A DNA stretch of 64,000 nucleotides from Candidatus Bathyarchaeota archaeon (GCA_963726255.1 CAVSBL010000002.1:1408001-1472000), one strand, 5' to 3'; shown: positions 51,383 through 61,272, counted from the stretch's first letter. Translations and numbers: made by a program. Notes: generated from the sequence alone by a model not told the origin.

Positions 51383-51546
51383 GCGGGGATACCCGAGCCA
51401 GGTCAAAGGGGCAGGACCACCAGCCCGCTGGTGGGGCCATACTTAAGATCAGAACTTGCCTTGGGCAAAGAGAAGGCATCCTGTGGCGTAGAGCCCACGT
51501 ATGGACGCGAAAGCCTTCAGGGGTTCGAATCCCCTTCCCCGCACCA
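51383..51546 (+). tRNA. tRNA-Leu(UAA) with introns at 30/31 and 37/38 and a probable third in the variable arm
   Basis: Removing 51416-51440, 51448-51477 and ~51492-51510/12 gives CAGGA CTTAAGA TCCTG, variable arm GGC-GTAG-GCC, A73 and CCA. Confidence 0.85.
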
Positions 51547-51831
51547 TTTTGAGCATCTTCTGTTATAACTGCGAAGATTGCTGAACATGCGTAGTGGATG
51601 AAAACGTGAAGGTTATTGAGAATCAACGATAAGCGCTTCGGTGAAAGCGCTGGTGCAAACTCTGCGCAGCTAGCACCGATCAAGACATAGTGTCTAATCG
51701 CATGCTTGGAACTCCTCCGCCTACTGTGCCCTTAACCTACCTGCACGAGAAAAGAAACCAAACACAGCATTATTTACGCGTATGTACGAAGATGACTAGC
51801 CATTATTATTCTGGTAAGAGGAGATGCAATT

Positions 51832-53036
51832 ATGGCTCGTTATACCGTTGTGACGATGCCAGGAGACGGGATCGGCAATCAGGTTATGCCGGAGGCACTA
51901 CGTGTCCTAAGGGCAGTTGGTTTCGATGCAGATTATATCCATGCCGACATAGGCTGGGAGTTTTGGCGGAGCGAGGGAAACGCGCTGCCCAGTCGCACGA
52001 TTGACCTGCTGGCTAAGCACAAGCTGGGACTGTTTGGCGCCATCACATCCAAACCAAAGAAAGAGGCTGAAGCCGAGCTGGACCCTAAGCTACGCGATAA
52101 AGGACATGTCTACTACAGCCCCATCGTGACTATGCGTCAACGCTTCAACCTGGATATCTGCGTGCGGCCCTGCGTAGGCTTTCCCGGCAATCCGCTGAAC
52201 TATATCCGCAAAAGACCTGATGGTGGCTTCGAAGAGCCGCAGATCAACGCTACCGTCTTCCGCCAGAACACAGAGGGCCTGTATTGTGGCATCGAGTGGA
52301 CGAACCCGCCGGATATTGTCCGTGCTGCGCTGGACTCGCATCCCAAATTCAAGGCCTTCGCCGACGTTCCCGGGCAGGACCTCGCCGTAAGCGTGCGGAT
52401 CGTTACTCGGCCGGCGGCGCAGCGGATCATCACCGCAGCGTTTGAGTTCGCCAAAAAGAAGGGTTTCAAGGGAGTGACCATTTGCGAGAAGCCAAACGTG
52501 GTGCGCGAAACCTCTGGCATGATGGAGGAAGTTGCGAAGGAAATTCAAAAGACAAAGTTCCCTGACATCCAACTCTGGCGCAACAACATCGATGCGCAGT
52601 TAATGTGGTTGAACAAGAACCCGGAAAGCTTCAACGTAATCGTCGCTTCAAATCTCTTTGGCGACATCCTCTCCGATGCCATAGCCGGGTTGGTTGGTGG
52701 GCTGGGCTTCGCCGCTTCCGGGAATATTGGGAAGGAAGTTGCGGTCTTTGAACCGACACACGGGTCTGCCCCTAAGTACCGGAATTGAATCCGCCAATCG
52801 TGAATCCGATCGCCACCATCCTGGCGGGAGCGATGCTACTGGAACACGTCGGCGAAACTGCCAAAGCGAAAAAGATCTGGGATGCAGTTGGCGCCGTCGT
52901 GAGGGAGGGAAAGGTTCGCACTTACGACATGATGCGCCTCACCGGCGGGCCGAAAGTACTCCAACAAGGGGCAGCCTCAACACCTCAAATGACGGATGCA
53001 ATACTAGCCAAACTGGATAGGGAGAAGGAGGCTTAG
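51832..53036 (+). CDS. Isocitrate/isopropylmalate-family beta-decarboxylating dehydrogenase, frameshifted near 52780
   Basis: PGDGIG, RQNTEGLY, NLFGDILSD, FEPTHGSAPKY, then NPIATILAGAMLLEH in the next frame. Confidence 0.88.
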
Positions 53037-53041
53037 GCGAA

Positions 53042-54304
53042 ATGACAGGAAAAACATTAGCGGAGAAGTTGATTGGATCACACACCGCTAAGGGATCTGT
53101 TTCGGTTGGAGAGATCGTAATAGTCAAAGTGGATTACACCTTTAGTCACGACGCAGCCGGACCACTTCTAATTCAGCAACTAAGCAAATTGAAAAACGAC
53201 CTCTCTAGCTCCGACAAGAATCGGACGATCTTCTTCATCGATCATGCAGTTCCAAGCCCCACAAAAGAACTATCAAACGATCAGGCAACCGTCAGGAATT
53301 ACGCCTCAATCAACGGACTGATCTTATCTGATGCAGGTAACGGCATTTGTCACCAAATAATCGCGGAAGACTACGCGGCTCCGGGAGACCTACTTGTTGG
53401 AACAGACTCACACAGCTGCACGGCTGGTGGTCTGTGTGCATTCGGAACTGGCATGGGCGCGACAGATGTTGCAATCGCGATGAAACTAAGGAAAACATGG
53501 CTGCGTGTCCCAGAATCAATACGGATGAATATTGAGGGTCGCCTTCCGAGAGGCGTATTCGCCAAGGACTTGATTCTGAAGACCCTATCCATACTCGGAA
53601 CAGACGGAGCAACCTACAAGTCACTAGAATTCGATGGACCAGCAATCGATGAACTAGAAGTTTACGGCAGATTGACCTTGACTAACATGACTGTTGAAGC
53701 TGGCGCCAAGACAGGCCTCGTCAAGTCGGACGCACGCACAAAACAGTATCTCACGGAGTTTGGTCGGGAGCACCAATGGAAGGAAATCCATGCGGATGAT
53801 AATGCTTCCTACGAATCGGAAATCACAATCAACGCTTCGGAACTGCAACCTCAAATTGCTTTCCCCGGTTCGCCCTCCAACGTCAAACCGGTCTCCGAAG
53901 CTAAAGATGTGAAGGTTAACGAGGTCTTCATCGGAAGTTGCACAAACACCCGAATCGAAGATATGCGGATCGTGGCACAAATCTTCAGGAAGAAACAAAA
54001 AGCGAAGAATCTCAAGTTGATAGTAACCCCCTCATCTAGGAACCTGTACCTGAAATTGATGGAAGAAGGAATTCTGGAAACCTTACTACAAGCAGGAGCA
54101 GTAATCACCCCCCCTGGATGTGGAGTATGCTACGGAGCAGTTGGCGGAATCCCCGCCGACAACGAAGTGATCTTCTCCACTTCGAACAGAAACTTTCCAG
54201 GCCGAACAGGAAACCCGAAAGCCCAGACATACCTGGGATCACCAGCAACAGCAGCGGCAACCGCAATCACTGGTATCATTACGGATCCAAGAGAGTTTGT
54301 CTGA
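53042..54304 (+). CDS. Aconitase-family hydratase large subunit (LeuC/HacA/DmdA type)
   Basis: DHAVP, GICHQ, GTDSHSCT, IGSCTN, GCGVCYG, STSNRNFPGR. Confidence 0.92.
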   Translation: MTGKTLAEKLIGSHTAKGSVSVGEIVIVKVDYTFSHDAAGPLLIQQLSKLKNDLSSSDKNRTIFFIDHAVPSPTKELSNDQATVRNYASINGLILSDAGNGICHQIIAEDYAAPGDLLVGTDSHSCTAGGLCAFGTGMGATDVAIAMKLRKTWLRVPESIRMNIEGRLPRGVFAKDLILKTLSILGTDGATYKSLEFDGPAIDELEVYGRLTLTNMTVEAGAKTGLVKSDARTKQYLTEFGREHQWKEIHADDNASYESEITINASELQPQIAFPGSPSNVKPVSEAKDVKVNEVFIGSCTNTRIEDMRIVAQIFRKKQKAKNLKLIVTPSSRNLYLKLMEEGILETLLQAGAVITPPGCGVCYGAVGGIPADNEVIFSTSNRNFPGRTGNPKAQTYLGSPATAAATAITGIITDPREFV

Positions 54305-54320
54305 GGAGAAGGTGTAAAGA

Positions 54321-54815
54321 ATGGCTGGACGAGCGTGGAAATTTGGGGACAACATCAGCACGGACGAAATAACTCCGGGACGGTACATGGGTCTTCGGTC
54401 GAACCTGCCCGAACTGGCGAAACACACCCTCGAGGATGCTAGAAAGGAGTTCCCCGGTAGCGTAAAGCCAGGAGACTTCGTTGTGGCTGGAAAGAATTTT
54501 GGGATGGGTTCAAGTCGAGAGCATGCGCCAATTGTCATTAAGACGTGCGGTGTCGCCGCAGTCCTTGCTCAGTCGTTTGCAAGAATATTCTATCGCAACG
54601 CAATCAACATAGGATTGCCAGCGATTGTTTGTGACACAACAATAATCGATGAAAGCGACCAACTCGAATTGCATCTCACGGACGGTGTCGTAGAGAACCT
54701 GACAAGAAAAACCAAGATCCAGTTCCCAGCAATGTCAAAGACCATGGAGACAATCCTTAGCGAAGGCGGACTTATCGCATACGTGGAAAAACATGGAGAT
54801 CTGGTTTTCTCGTGA
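54321..54815 (+). CDS. Aconitase-family hydratase small subunit (LeuD/HacB type)
   Basis: GDNISTDEITPG, NFGMGSSREHA, SFARIFYRNAINIG. Confidence 0.92.
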   Translation: MAGRAWKFGDNISTDEITPGRYMGLRSNLPELAKHTLEDARKEFPGSVKPGDFVVAGKNFGMGSSREHAPIVIKTCGVAAVLAQSFARIFYRNAINIGLPAIVCDTTIIDESDQLELHLTDGVVENLTRKTKIQFPAMSKTMETILSEGGLIAYVEKHGDLVFS

Positions 54816-55338
54816 GAAGAAAACATGACCAATTCAAGAGAATCTTTCCAGAAGTAAGTCAAATCCATAATCCAAAGCTGATCGAGGCCGTCCTGAGGAC
54901 TTGGCAGCTCGCTCAAGAGCGCGGTTGCTGGAAAGTGGACGATTTAGAACATATTCCATTCACCCTACTTGTTCAGACAAAAACGTCCTTGCTTGAACAC
55001 ACGAGACGTGTAACAAGGATGGCGATGGCTGTGGCTCGAGAGAGGGGTGACCTGAATATGGACTATGTTATTGCAGGCGGGCTTCTTCATGATGTGGGTA
55101 AGCTTCTAGAGTACGAAAGTGCGGGCGGCACGTTGTAAAATCGAGACCGGGCGAACTTGTTAGACATCCCGTCTCCGGATATGGCCTCACGCGTGAAACT
55201 GACTTACCCCTAGAGGTAAGTCACATAGTCATGTCTCATTCAGAGGAAGGAGAGAAAGTCAAGAGGACACCTGAAGCGATTCTAATTCACCATTGCGACT
55301 TTATCGACTTTGAGATAGCCAAGAGAAAGGCAAAATGA
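54812..55338 (+). CDS. HD-domain phosphohydrolase, frameshifted near 55130
   Basis: EHTRRV, LLHDVGK; continues as VRHPVSG...SHIVMSHS...RTPEAILIHHCD to TGA 55338. Confidence 0.82.
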
Positions 55339-56624
55339 GACTATACGAAAACGAAGCAAAACAACTCTTCCGGGACAAGGGCATTCCTGTACCTGGGCAA
55401 TATGGAATAATCCACTCGCCCTTGGAACTGGAAGGACTCAACGCACATTACCCATTGATCCTGAAGGCACTCGTTCTGGTCGGAGGACGAGGAAAAGCGG
55501 GAGGAATCAAGAAAGCCAAGAATCAGAATGAAGCCAAGGCCAAGGCTGAGGAGATCTTCAAGCAGGGAGTAAAAGACTACCCTGTCAAGTCCTTACTAGT
55601 CGAGGAAGCTGTAGACGAACTCGCGGCCTGCTACATAGGGACGACGATGGATCCCGCAACCTTCAACAACGTTGTCATAGCAAGCGCCACCGGCGGTGTA
55701 GATGTGGAGACGGTGGCTAGAGACACTCCAGAAGCAATCCACAGAATCGAGGTCTCAGGAAACGAGAGCAAGCTTGCCCCGAGTCTAGCAAACGAGTTAG
55801 CCAGGCAACTTATCGACGAGCTGCCTGCAAGTGCACGCGCCATCGCCAGCACAGAAAACCTAGCAGAGATTACTTCCAAGGTCTACAGCCTCTATCAAGA
55901 AGCTGACACCAAGATCTGTGAGATCAACCCACTGATAATCACGACTAAAGGACTTGTGGCCGCTGATGCTAAGATCGTGCTCGACGATAACGCGTTGTAT
56001 CGTCAGAAAAAGCTACTTGATTCCCTTGGAATCACTGACAAGCGGCATGATGCAGCCGAGACGACCGCGAACGAACGAAAGGCTCAGGCAAACGGTTTCA
56101 AATATGTAGATCTTCTTCCCGAAGACGCCTCAAAGGATCTGAAGAAAATCTACGTAGGGCTTGTCCCTGGTGGGGCTGGCTATGGAATTTTCTCAATTGA
56201 CGAGGTCGCGAATATTGGGAATCGATTCTTTCAAGGTAGAGTCATACCCGTCGATTTCATGGACTCAGGAGGGGGGCCTTCCCAGCGTCAGGTAGCCCAA
56301 ATGTTTCATTTGCTGATGGACTATGACAAAGTCGACCTAATCATAACCTCACGATTCGGGGGCATCTCAAGTTGCGACGTCTTCATCCGTGGACTCGTTG
56401 AAGCCCTCAGGGAAAGACATGCCCAGGGCAAGAAAATCATTCCTGTCTACGGTCGGATGGTCGGAACAGATCTTCCTAGTGCCCGAGAATACTTGGAGAA
56501 GGCCAAGGCCGAGACACCGGAAGCGCTCAAAGAGATGACAATCATCGTGGGAAACCAGCGTATCATGGCTGATGTGATCAAAGACGCCATCAACTGGCTC
56601 TTCACCGCCAAGAGGGAGAAATAA
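55335..56624 (+). CDS. ATP-grasp acyl-CoA ligase beta subunit (SucC/AclB/citryl-CoA synthetase-like)
   Basis: MRLYENEAK, GGRGKAGG, GGVDVE, EINPL, DAKIVLDDNA, divergent PGGAGYG substrate loop. Confidence 0.85.
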   Translation: MRLYENEAKQLFRDKGIPVPGQYGIIHSPLELEGLNAHYPLILKALVLVGGRGKAGGIKKAKNQNEAKAKAEEIFKQGVKDYPVKSLLVEEAVDELAACYIGTTMDPATFNNVVIASATGGVDVETVARDTPEAIHRIEVSGNESKLAPSLANELARQLIDELPASARAIASTENLAEITSKVYSLYQEADTKICEINPLIITTKGLVAADAKIVLDDNALYRQKKLLDSLGITDKRHDAAETTANERKAQANGFKYVDLLPEDASKDLKKIYVGLVPGGAGYGIFSIDEVANIGNRFFQGRVIPVDFMDSGGGPSQRQVAQMFHLLMDYDKVDLIITSRFGGISSCDVFIRGLVEALRERHAQGKKIIPVYGRMVGTDLPSAREYLEKAKAETPEALKEMTIIVGNQRIMADVIKDAINWLFTAKREK

Positions 56625-58759
56625 TGGAGAAAATACGTGCCGACCAAGGATTGCTCTACCATCTCATCATGCAAGTCCGACCGGAACTCGCGAGGCACAT
56701 CAAAGAGACAGGAGAGATTGACACAATTGTTGTGGGCCTGGGAGGCGAGGGCACGCGTCACGCGGGACTAATGCGCGACTTCGGGACTAGAATTGTTGCT
56801 GGAATTGCGCCGGGCCGTGGGGGCACTCGTATCCACGAGACAATTCCAGTATATGACACGGTTGCAGAGTGTCTCAAGGATCACCCATATGTCGCTGCGG
56901 CGAGCATTTGGCGGCAATTTTCCACGGCGAAGGAGGCGGTAATCGAGGTCATTGAAGCAGGTATTCCGCTTGTTGTCGTAATCACTGAAGGAATCCCTCT
57001 GCGCGATGTCCGCGAGATGCTCGTAGCTGCGAGAAGGAACAGAACAGTCCTGATTGGGGGAAACTCGCCTGGCATCATCTTTCCCCCTGAGCAGGTAAAG
57101 ATAGGGATGCTTCCCGACGTCTTCTACCCTGAAGAGATTGCCCCTGGGAAGGTCGGACCAAATGGGGTTACGATAATCTCTCGTAGTGGTGCAATTCTGT
57201 ACCATATGTCCGATGCTCTAGCAAGTGCAGGTATCGCTCAGAACGCGGTCATCGGTATCGGCGGCGATGCAGCGATTGGTTCCACTTTTGTGGATCTGAT
57301 CCCTCTTGTGATGAAGTATCCACACACCGAACTCGTGGTGATTGCAGGAGAGATAGGCGGTATCCAAGAAGAGCGACTGGCCGAGGATATTCTTGCCCAT
57401 CCCGGACGATACTCAAAACCCTTGGTAGCCCTCGTCTCAGGAGCACACGCCCCGGAAGGGAAGACAATGGGACACGCCGGAGCAATCGTCGCTCCAGGAC
57501 AAGCCTACGGCACCTTCAAGTCAAAAAAGGAAGCACTGGAGCGTGCAGGAGTAACCGTTGTCAACTCCCAGTACGACCTCATCGAGGCTGCAAAGACAAA
57601 ACTGAAGAAAACCTACTTCGACCCAGAACGATACTATCAGAAAATGCGACACACCTGGGACGCGAAAGCCACAACCCCGGGGTGGGGGACTGTAATTACC
57701 GAAGTAAAACCGAACAACATCATCATCTCGGGCTACTCACTGCAACAAATCGTTGGCCACAAAGGGCTCTTGGACGTGGTCAATCTCTTATTCGAAGGAG
57801 AGTTCGCCGCTCCAGAATTGATGAAAGAGTTGCGAACCACCGCCATGAAAGGAGCTCTCAAGCCAGGGCCCCCGATCGTAAGGTATGGAGATGAAGATAT
57901 CTCTCAGACCCTTGCTAGGGCTCTCATCTATGACGAAATTCTAGCGACGTTTCCGCAGAAGGGAAGATCAGCACCTAGACTCAAGACTGCCTTCGCTATG
58001 GGAAGAGTCGGAAGGTATCTTGCAGCAATCTTGCGAACTACATCCGCGCTCGACGACCTCTCGGAAGAATCGAGCTTCACTGAACTAATCTACCGAGCTA
58101 TAACTGGCAACACGGCCTTTGATCGTGAAAAAGGAAACCTCCTTGAAGCGATGGCTGTAGCATGTGTGGACCACGGTGTTACTCCTCCCTCAGCTCAGGT
58201 CGCTATCATCTCGGCAACAACAAGACCCGACTACTCGGTGTCGGTTGCAAGCGGAATTGGTGCGATAACGGACATCCACGGAGGAGCAGGAGCGAAGGCT
58301 GCGCATTTCTTCTCCGAATGTGTTTCTCGTTCCAAGAAAAATAAAGTCGATTTGGAGGAAGCCACTAGAATAGTAGTTACTGAGTATGTCAGAGCCGGGC
58401 GGAGGATTGAAGGTCTCGGCCATAGAATCCACACCCAGGACCCTAGGCGAGATGTTCTCTGGAAACTAAGTGAGGTTGCAGGGATAGCCGCAGAGAATGT
58501 AGCCGTTTCCAAGATCGTTTCTAAAGTGTTCAAGCAAGTGCGAGGGATGGACCTCCCAATCAACGTGGATGGAGTCATCGGGGCTATAGTCGCCGACATG
58601 GGACTGAATCCCATAGTCGCAAAAGTCCTCTTCATTTGGGGGCGCGTTGCGGGCCTCTCGGCACATTATTTCGAAGAGATTCTTTCTCAACCCGAGATGC
58701 GATCCATCAACTTCGCCCAAGCCGTCTACAAGGGAAAACTTCACCGGGAGCTACTATAG
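56624..58759 (+). CDS. SucD-like alpha subunit fused to a citryl-CoA lyase/citrate-synthase domain (ACL-like)
   Basis: ITEGIP, SRSG, GEIGG, MGHAGA phospho-His; then DHGVTPPS, HGGAG, GLGHRIH..DPR, INVDG. Confidence 0.85.
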   Translation: MEKIRADQGLLYHLIMQVRPELARHIKETGEIDTIVVGLGGEGTRHAGLMRDFGTRIVAGIAPGRGGTRIHETIPVYDTVAECLKDHPYVAAASIWRQFSTAKEAVIEVIEAGIPLVVVITEGIPLRDVREMLVAARRNRTVLIGGNSPGIIFPPEQVKIGMLPDVFYPEEIAPGKVGPNGVTIISRSGAILYHMSDALASAGIAQNAVIGIGGDAAIGSTFVDLIPLVMKYPHTELVVIAGEIGGIQEERLAEDILAHPGRYSKPLVALVSGAHAPEGKTMGHAGAIVAPGQAYGTFKSKKEALERAGVTVVNSQYDLIEAAKTKLKKTYFDPERYYQKMRHTWDAKATTPGWGTVITEVKPNNIIISGYSLQQIVGHKGLLDVVNLLFEGEFAAPELMKELRTTAMKGALKPGPPIVRYGDEDISQTLARALIYDEILATFPQKGRSAPRLKTAFAMGRVGRYLAAILRTTSALDDLSEESSFTELIYRAITGNTAFDREKGNLLEAMAVACVDHGVTPPSAQVAIISATTRPDYSVSVASGIGAITDIHGGAGAKAAHFFSECVSRSKKNKVDLEEATRIVVTEYVRAGRRIEGLGHRIHTQDPRRDVLWKLSEVAGIAAENVAVSKIVSKVFKQVRGMDLPINVDGVIGAIVADMGLNPIVAKVLFIWGRVAGLSAHYFEEILSQPEMRSINFAQAVYKGKLHRELL

Positions 58760-60169
58760 GTGGATTCGATCAGTCGCAGAATGGCACAATTTGCTCTGTC
58801 TTTGCGTTATGAGGCGATCCCTGAACCTGTTTTGCGAATGGCGAAGCGGTTGCTTCTGGACAGCATAGGCTGCGCTCTTGCCGCCGTTAAACTGAAGGAC
58901 ATTCAGGCAGCGTACAACTATGTTCAGCAGCTTGGAGGGAAGAAACAGGCAAGCATCATCTGGTACGGCGATAAAACAAACATGCCCAACGCAGCACTTA
59001 TGAACTCCCTTCTAATCCGTGCCATGGATTACAACGATATCTACTGGAAACAGGATCCCTGTCATCCGTCAGACATAATCCCTGCGGCACTAGCCCCAGG
59101 GGAGTATCGTGGCGTAAGTGGAAAGGAGTTAGTTACAGCGATCGTGATCGCCTATGAGCTTGAGATGAGACTGTGCCTTGCCGCTGATCCCGGGATTCGT
59201 GAAGTGGGTTGGCATCACGCAAGCCTTACGCAATTTGTAAGTCCTTTGGTCGCTGGACGAATGCTCGGCTTAAGCGAAGATCAAATGGTGTCAGCCGTCG
59301 GAATCGCCGGCTCAAGTCACTTCACTTTCGGCGGGGTGGTTGCAGGCCATCTGACGAACATGAAGAATGCAGCCGACCCCATGGCAACTGAAGCTGGAGT
59401 TCGCGGAGCGATGCTAGCAGCAACAGGCTATTCCGGTCCGGTGGAGATTTTTGAGGGGAAAGAGAGCCTATTTGAAGTACTATCGAAAGTGAGATGGAAT
59501 AGAAATGCGTTGATCGATCATCTAGGTGAAGGGTTCCTCATCACACAGTGTAGCTTCAAGGCGTTTCCAACGGAAGCACTGACGCATCAGCCGATCACGG
59601 CGACTTTGGAAATAATGCGAGAGAACAAAATCGATTCCCGTGAAGTCAGAGAAGTTCTTGTCGAGACAACGAATCGCGGAGCTGATATTCTATCTGACAA
59701 AAGCAAATACCATCCCACAACGAAGGAAACAGCTGATCATTCTCTTCCTTATTGCATAGCAGTGGCGATTGCCAAAGGAAATGTTCTACCATCTGACTTT
59801 GAAGAAAAAGCTCTCCAAGATCAATCTGTTCTGCAACTTCTTCCTAAGATCAAGGTTATTGCCAACCCTGAGATCGATGCCATTTTTCCAAATGTGAAAC
59901 GAACGATCGTCACCATCACGACAAGAGATGAGCGAACGTTCAAGAAGCAAGAGGACTTCGCTAGGGGAGAACCGGAACGGCCACTTTCCGAGCAAGAACT
60001 GATTGCCAAGTTCCATGCCAACGCGCAAGTCGCTTTGAGCAAGAGACAGCGGGAAGAACTGATTCAAGCTACTCTTGCCATTGACCAGTACAATGATGTC
60101 CGCAAATATGTGTCCCTTCTAGTTCGTGCTGCAACTCCTCGTTTCGACCGGATGCAAGTCCGGCGGTGA
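58760..60169 (+). CDS. prpD: MmgE/PrpD-family dehydratase (2-methylcitrate dehydratase-like)
   Basis: LLDSIGC, IRAMDYND, HPSD, ETADHSLPY. Confidence 0.85.
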   Translation: MDSISRRMAQFALSLRYEAIPEPVLRMAKRLLLDSIGCALAAVKLKDIQAAYNYVQQLGGKKQASIIWYGDKTNMPNAALMNSLLIRAMDYNDIYWKQDPCHPSDIIPAALAPGEYRGVSGKELVTAIVIAYELEMRLCLAADPGIREVGWHHASLTQFVSPLVAGRMLGLSEDQMVSAVGIAGSSHFTFGGVVAGHLTNMKNAADPMATEAGVRGAMLAATGYSGPVEIFEGKESLFEVLSKVRWNRNALIDHLGEGFLITQCSFKAFPTEALTHQPITATLEIMRENKIDSREVREVLVETTNRGADILSDKSKYHPTTKETADHSLPYCIAVAIAKGNVLPSDFEEKALQDQSVLQLLPKIKVIANPEIDAIFPNVKRTIVTITTRDERTFKKQEDFARGEPERPLSEQELIAKFHANAQVALSKRQREELIQATLAIDQYNDVRKYVSLLVRAATPRFDRMQVRR

Positions 60170-60213
60170 GAGTCGCCCTCCAAATCGAAATGGTATATGT
60201 TTTTTTGTGCGTG

Positions 60214-61272
60214 CTATCCCATCGTCAGCGCCATTACTGCTTTCTGGGCATGAAGGCGGTTTTCGGCTTCGTCGAATATGACGGAGTTCGGTCCATCCAT
60301 GACCTCATCGGTTACCTCGAAGCCGCGGTCTGCAGGTAAGCAGTGCATGTAGAGAGCTTTCTTCTTGCAGAGGTCCATCATCTTCTGGTCGCAGATCCAA
60401 TCTTTGTGCTTGTCTATGAGTTGCCTTACACCGTCTAGGTCAGGGCTAGACCTCTTGGGCGGCAAGTACTCCGTGCTCGTCCATGACTTCGGATAAACCA
60501 CGTCGGCACCTTGAAATGCTTCCTTCATGTCGTAGGACACTTCGAAGGAGCCGCCGTTTTCATCCGCTAGGCGTTTGCAGTTCTGTATCACTTTGGGATC
60601 CAGCTCGAAGCCCTTCGGATGGGCTAGTACGACATCCATTCCGAAGTTTGTCCCAACCAGTGCCACGCTGTGCGGCACGCTGAGCGGTTTCCACGGGCTT
60701 GGGGCGTATGCCCAGCTCATCACTAGCTTCTTTCCTTCAGGTTTCGGTAATTTCTCTTTGATGGTTAGTATATCAGCCATTGCTTGGCATGGGTGGAACA
60801 TGTCGTCTTCCATGTTGATGATCGGGATCTTGGACCATTTCGCGAAGTCGCGCACAATTTGGTTGCCTCTGCCATAGGTCCAGTCTGCGGGTTTTCCGAA
60901 GATCCGGATAGCAATCCCATGCCCATATCGCTCAAGCACTCTGGCGGTGTCTGAGACTCGTTCCTTGGTCTCAGCTGCCACCTTTGTCTCCCCAACATCG
61001 CCCAACTTGATTGTTGGGCTGTAGACCGTTTCGGGCTGCAAGTAGTGCGCATGCCCTCCAAGTTGCGTCATCCCCGCCTCGAAGCTGTTCCTGGTGCGGA
61101 GCGAGGGATTGTAGAATAGCATGAAGAGCGTCTTGTCGGCAAGGATCTTGTGCGGTTCGCCAACTGCGAACTTCCTCTTGAGGTCCTTCGCCAACTCCAG
61201 TACGGCGTCCAGCTCTTCACGAGTCCATTCGGCAGTGTCGATGAAGTCCATGCCCTTCAAATTTGTAAACAT
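60214..61272 (-). CDS. YgeW/N-acetylornithine-type carbamoyltransferase
   Basis: SLRTRNSF, HPCQAMAD, SWAYAPSPWKPLSVP, HCLPAD. Confidence 0.8.
   Translation of the reverse strand: MFTNLKGMDFIDTAEWTREELDAVLELAKDLKRKFAVGEPHKILADKTLFMLFYNPSLRTRNSFEAGMTQLGGHAHYLQPETVYSPTIKLGDVGETKVAAETKERVSDTARVLERYGHGIAIRIFGKPADWTYGRGNQIVRDFAKWSKIPIINMEDDMFHPCQAMADILTIKEKLPKPEGKKLVMSWAYAPSPWKPLSVPHSVALVGTNFGMDVVLAHPKGFELDPKVIQNCKRLADENGGSFEVSYDMKEAFQGADVVYPKSWTSTEYLPPKRSSPDLDGVRQLIDKHKDWICDQKMMDLCKKKALYMHCLPADRGFEVTDEVMDGPNSVIFDEAENRLHAQKAVMALTMG

Noticed and set aside
51126-51683. ORFs overlapping tRNA loci (also 32424..32679, 37138..37359, 38687..39035)
   Set aside because: They lie over intron-containing tRNA genes and have no protein motifs.
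32400-51700. Integrated mobile element at tRNA 3' ends
   Set aside because: No integrase, transposase or duplicated att half-site seen; the similarity among Lys and Arg 3' ends is ordinary tRNA homology.
46600-55140. mRNA BHB introns or programmed frameshifts as the cause of broken genes
   Set aside because: The breaks look like 1-nt indels or deletions, with no inserted hairpin or slippery site.
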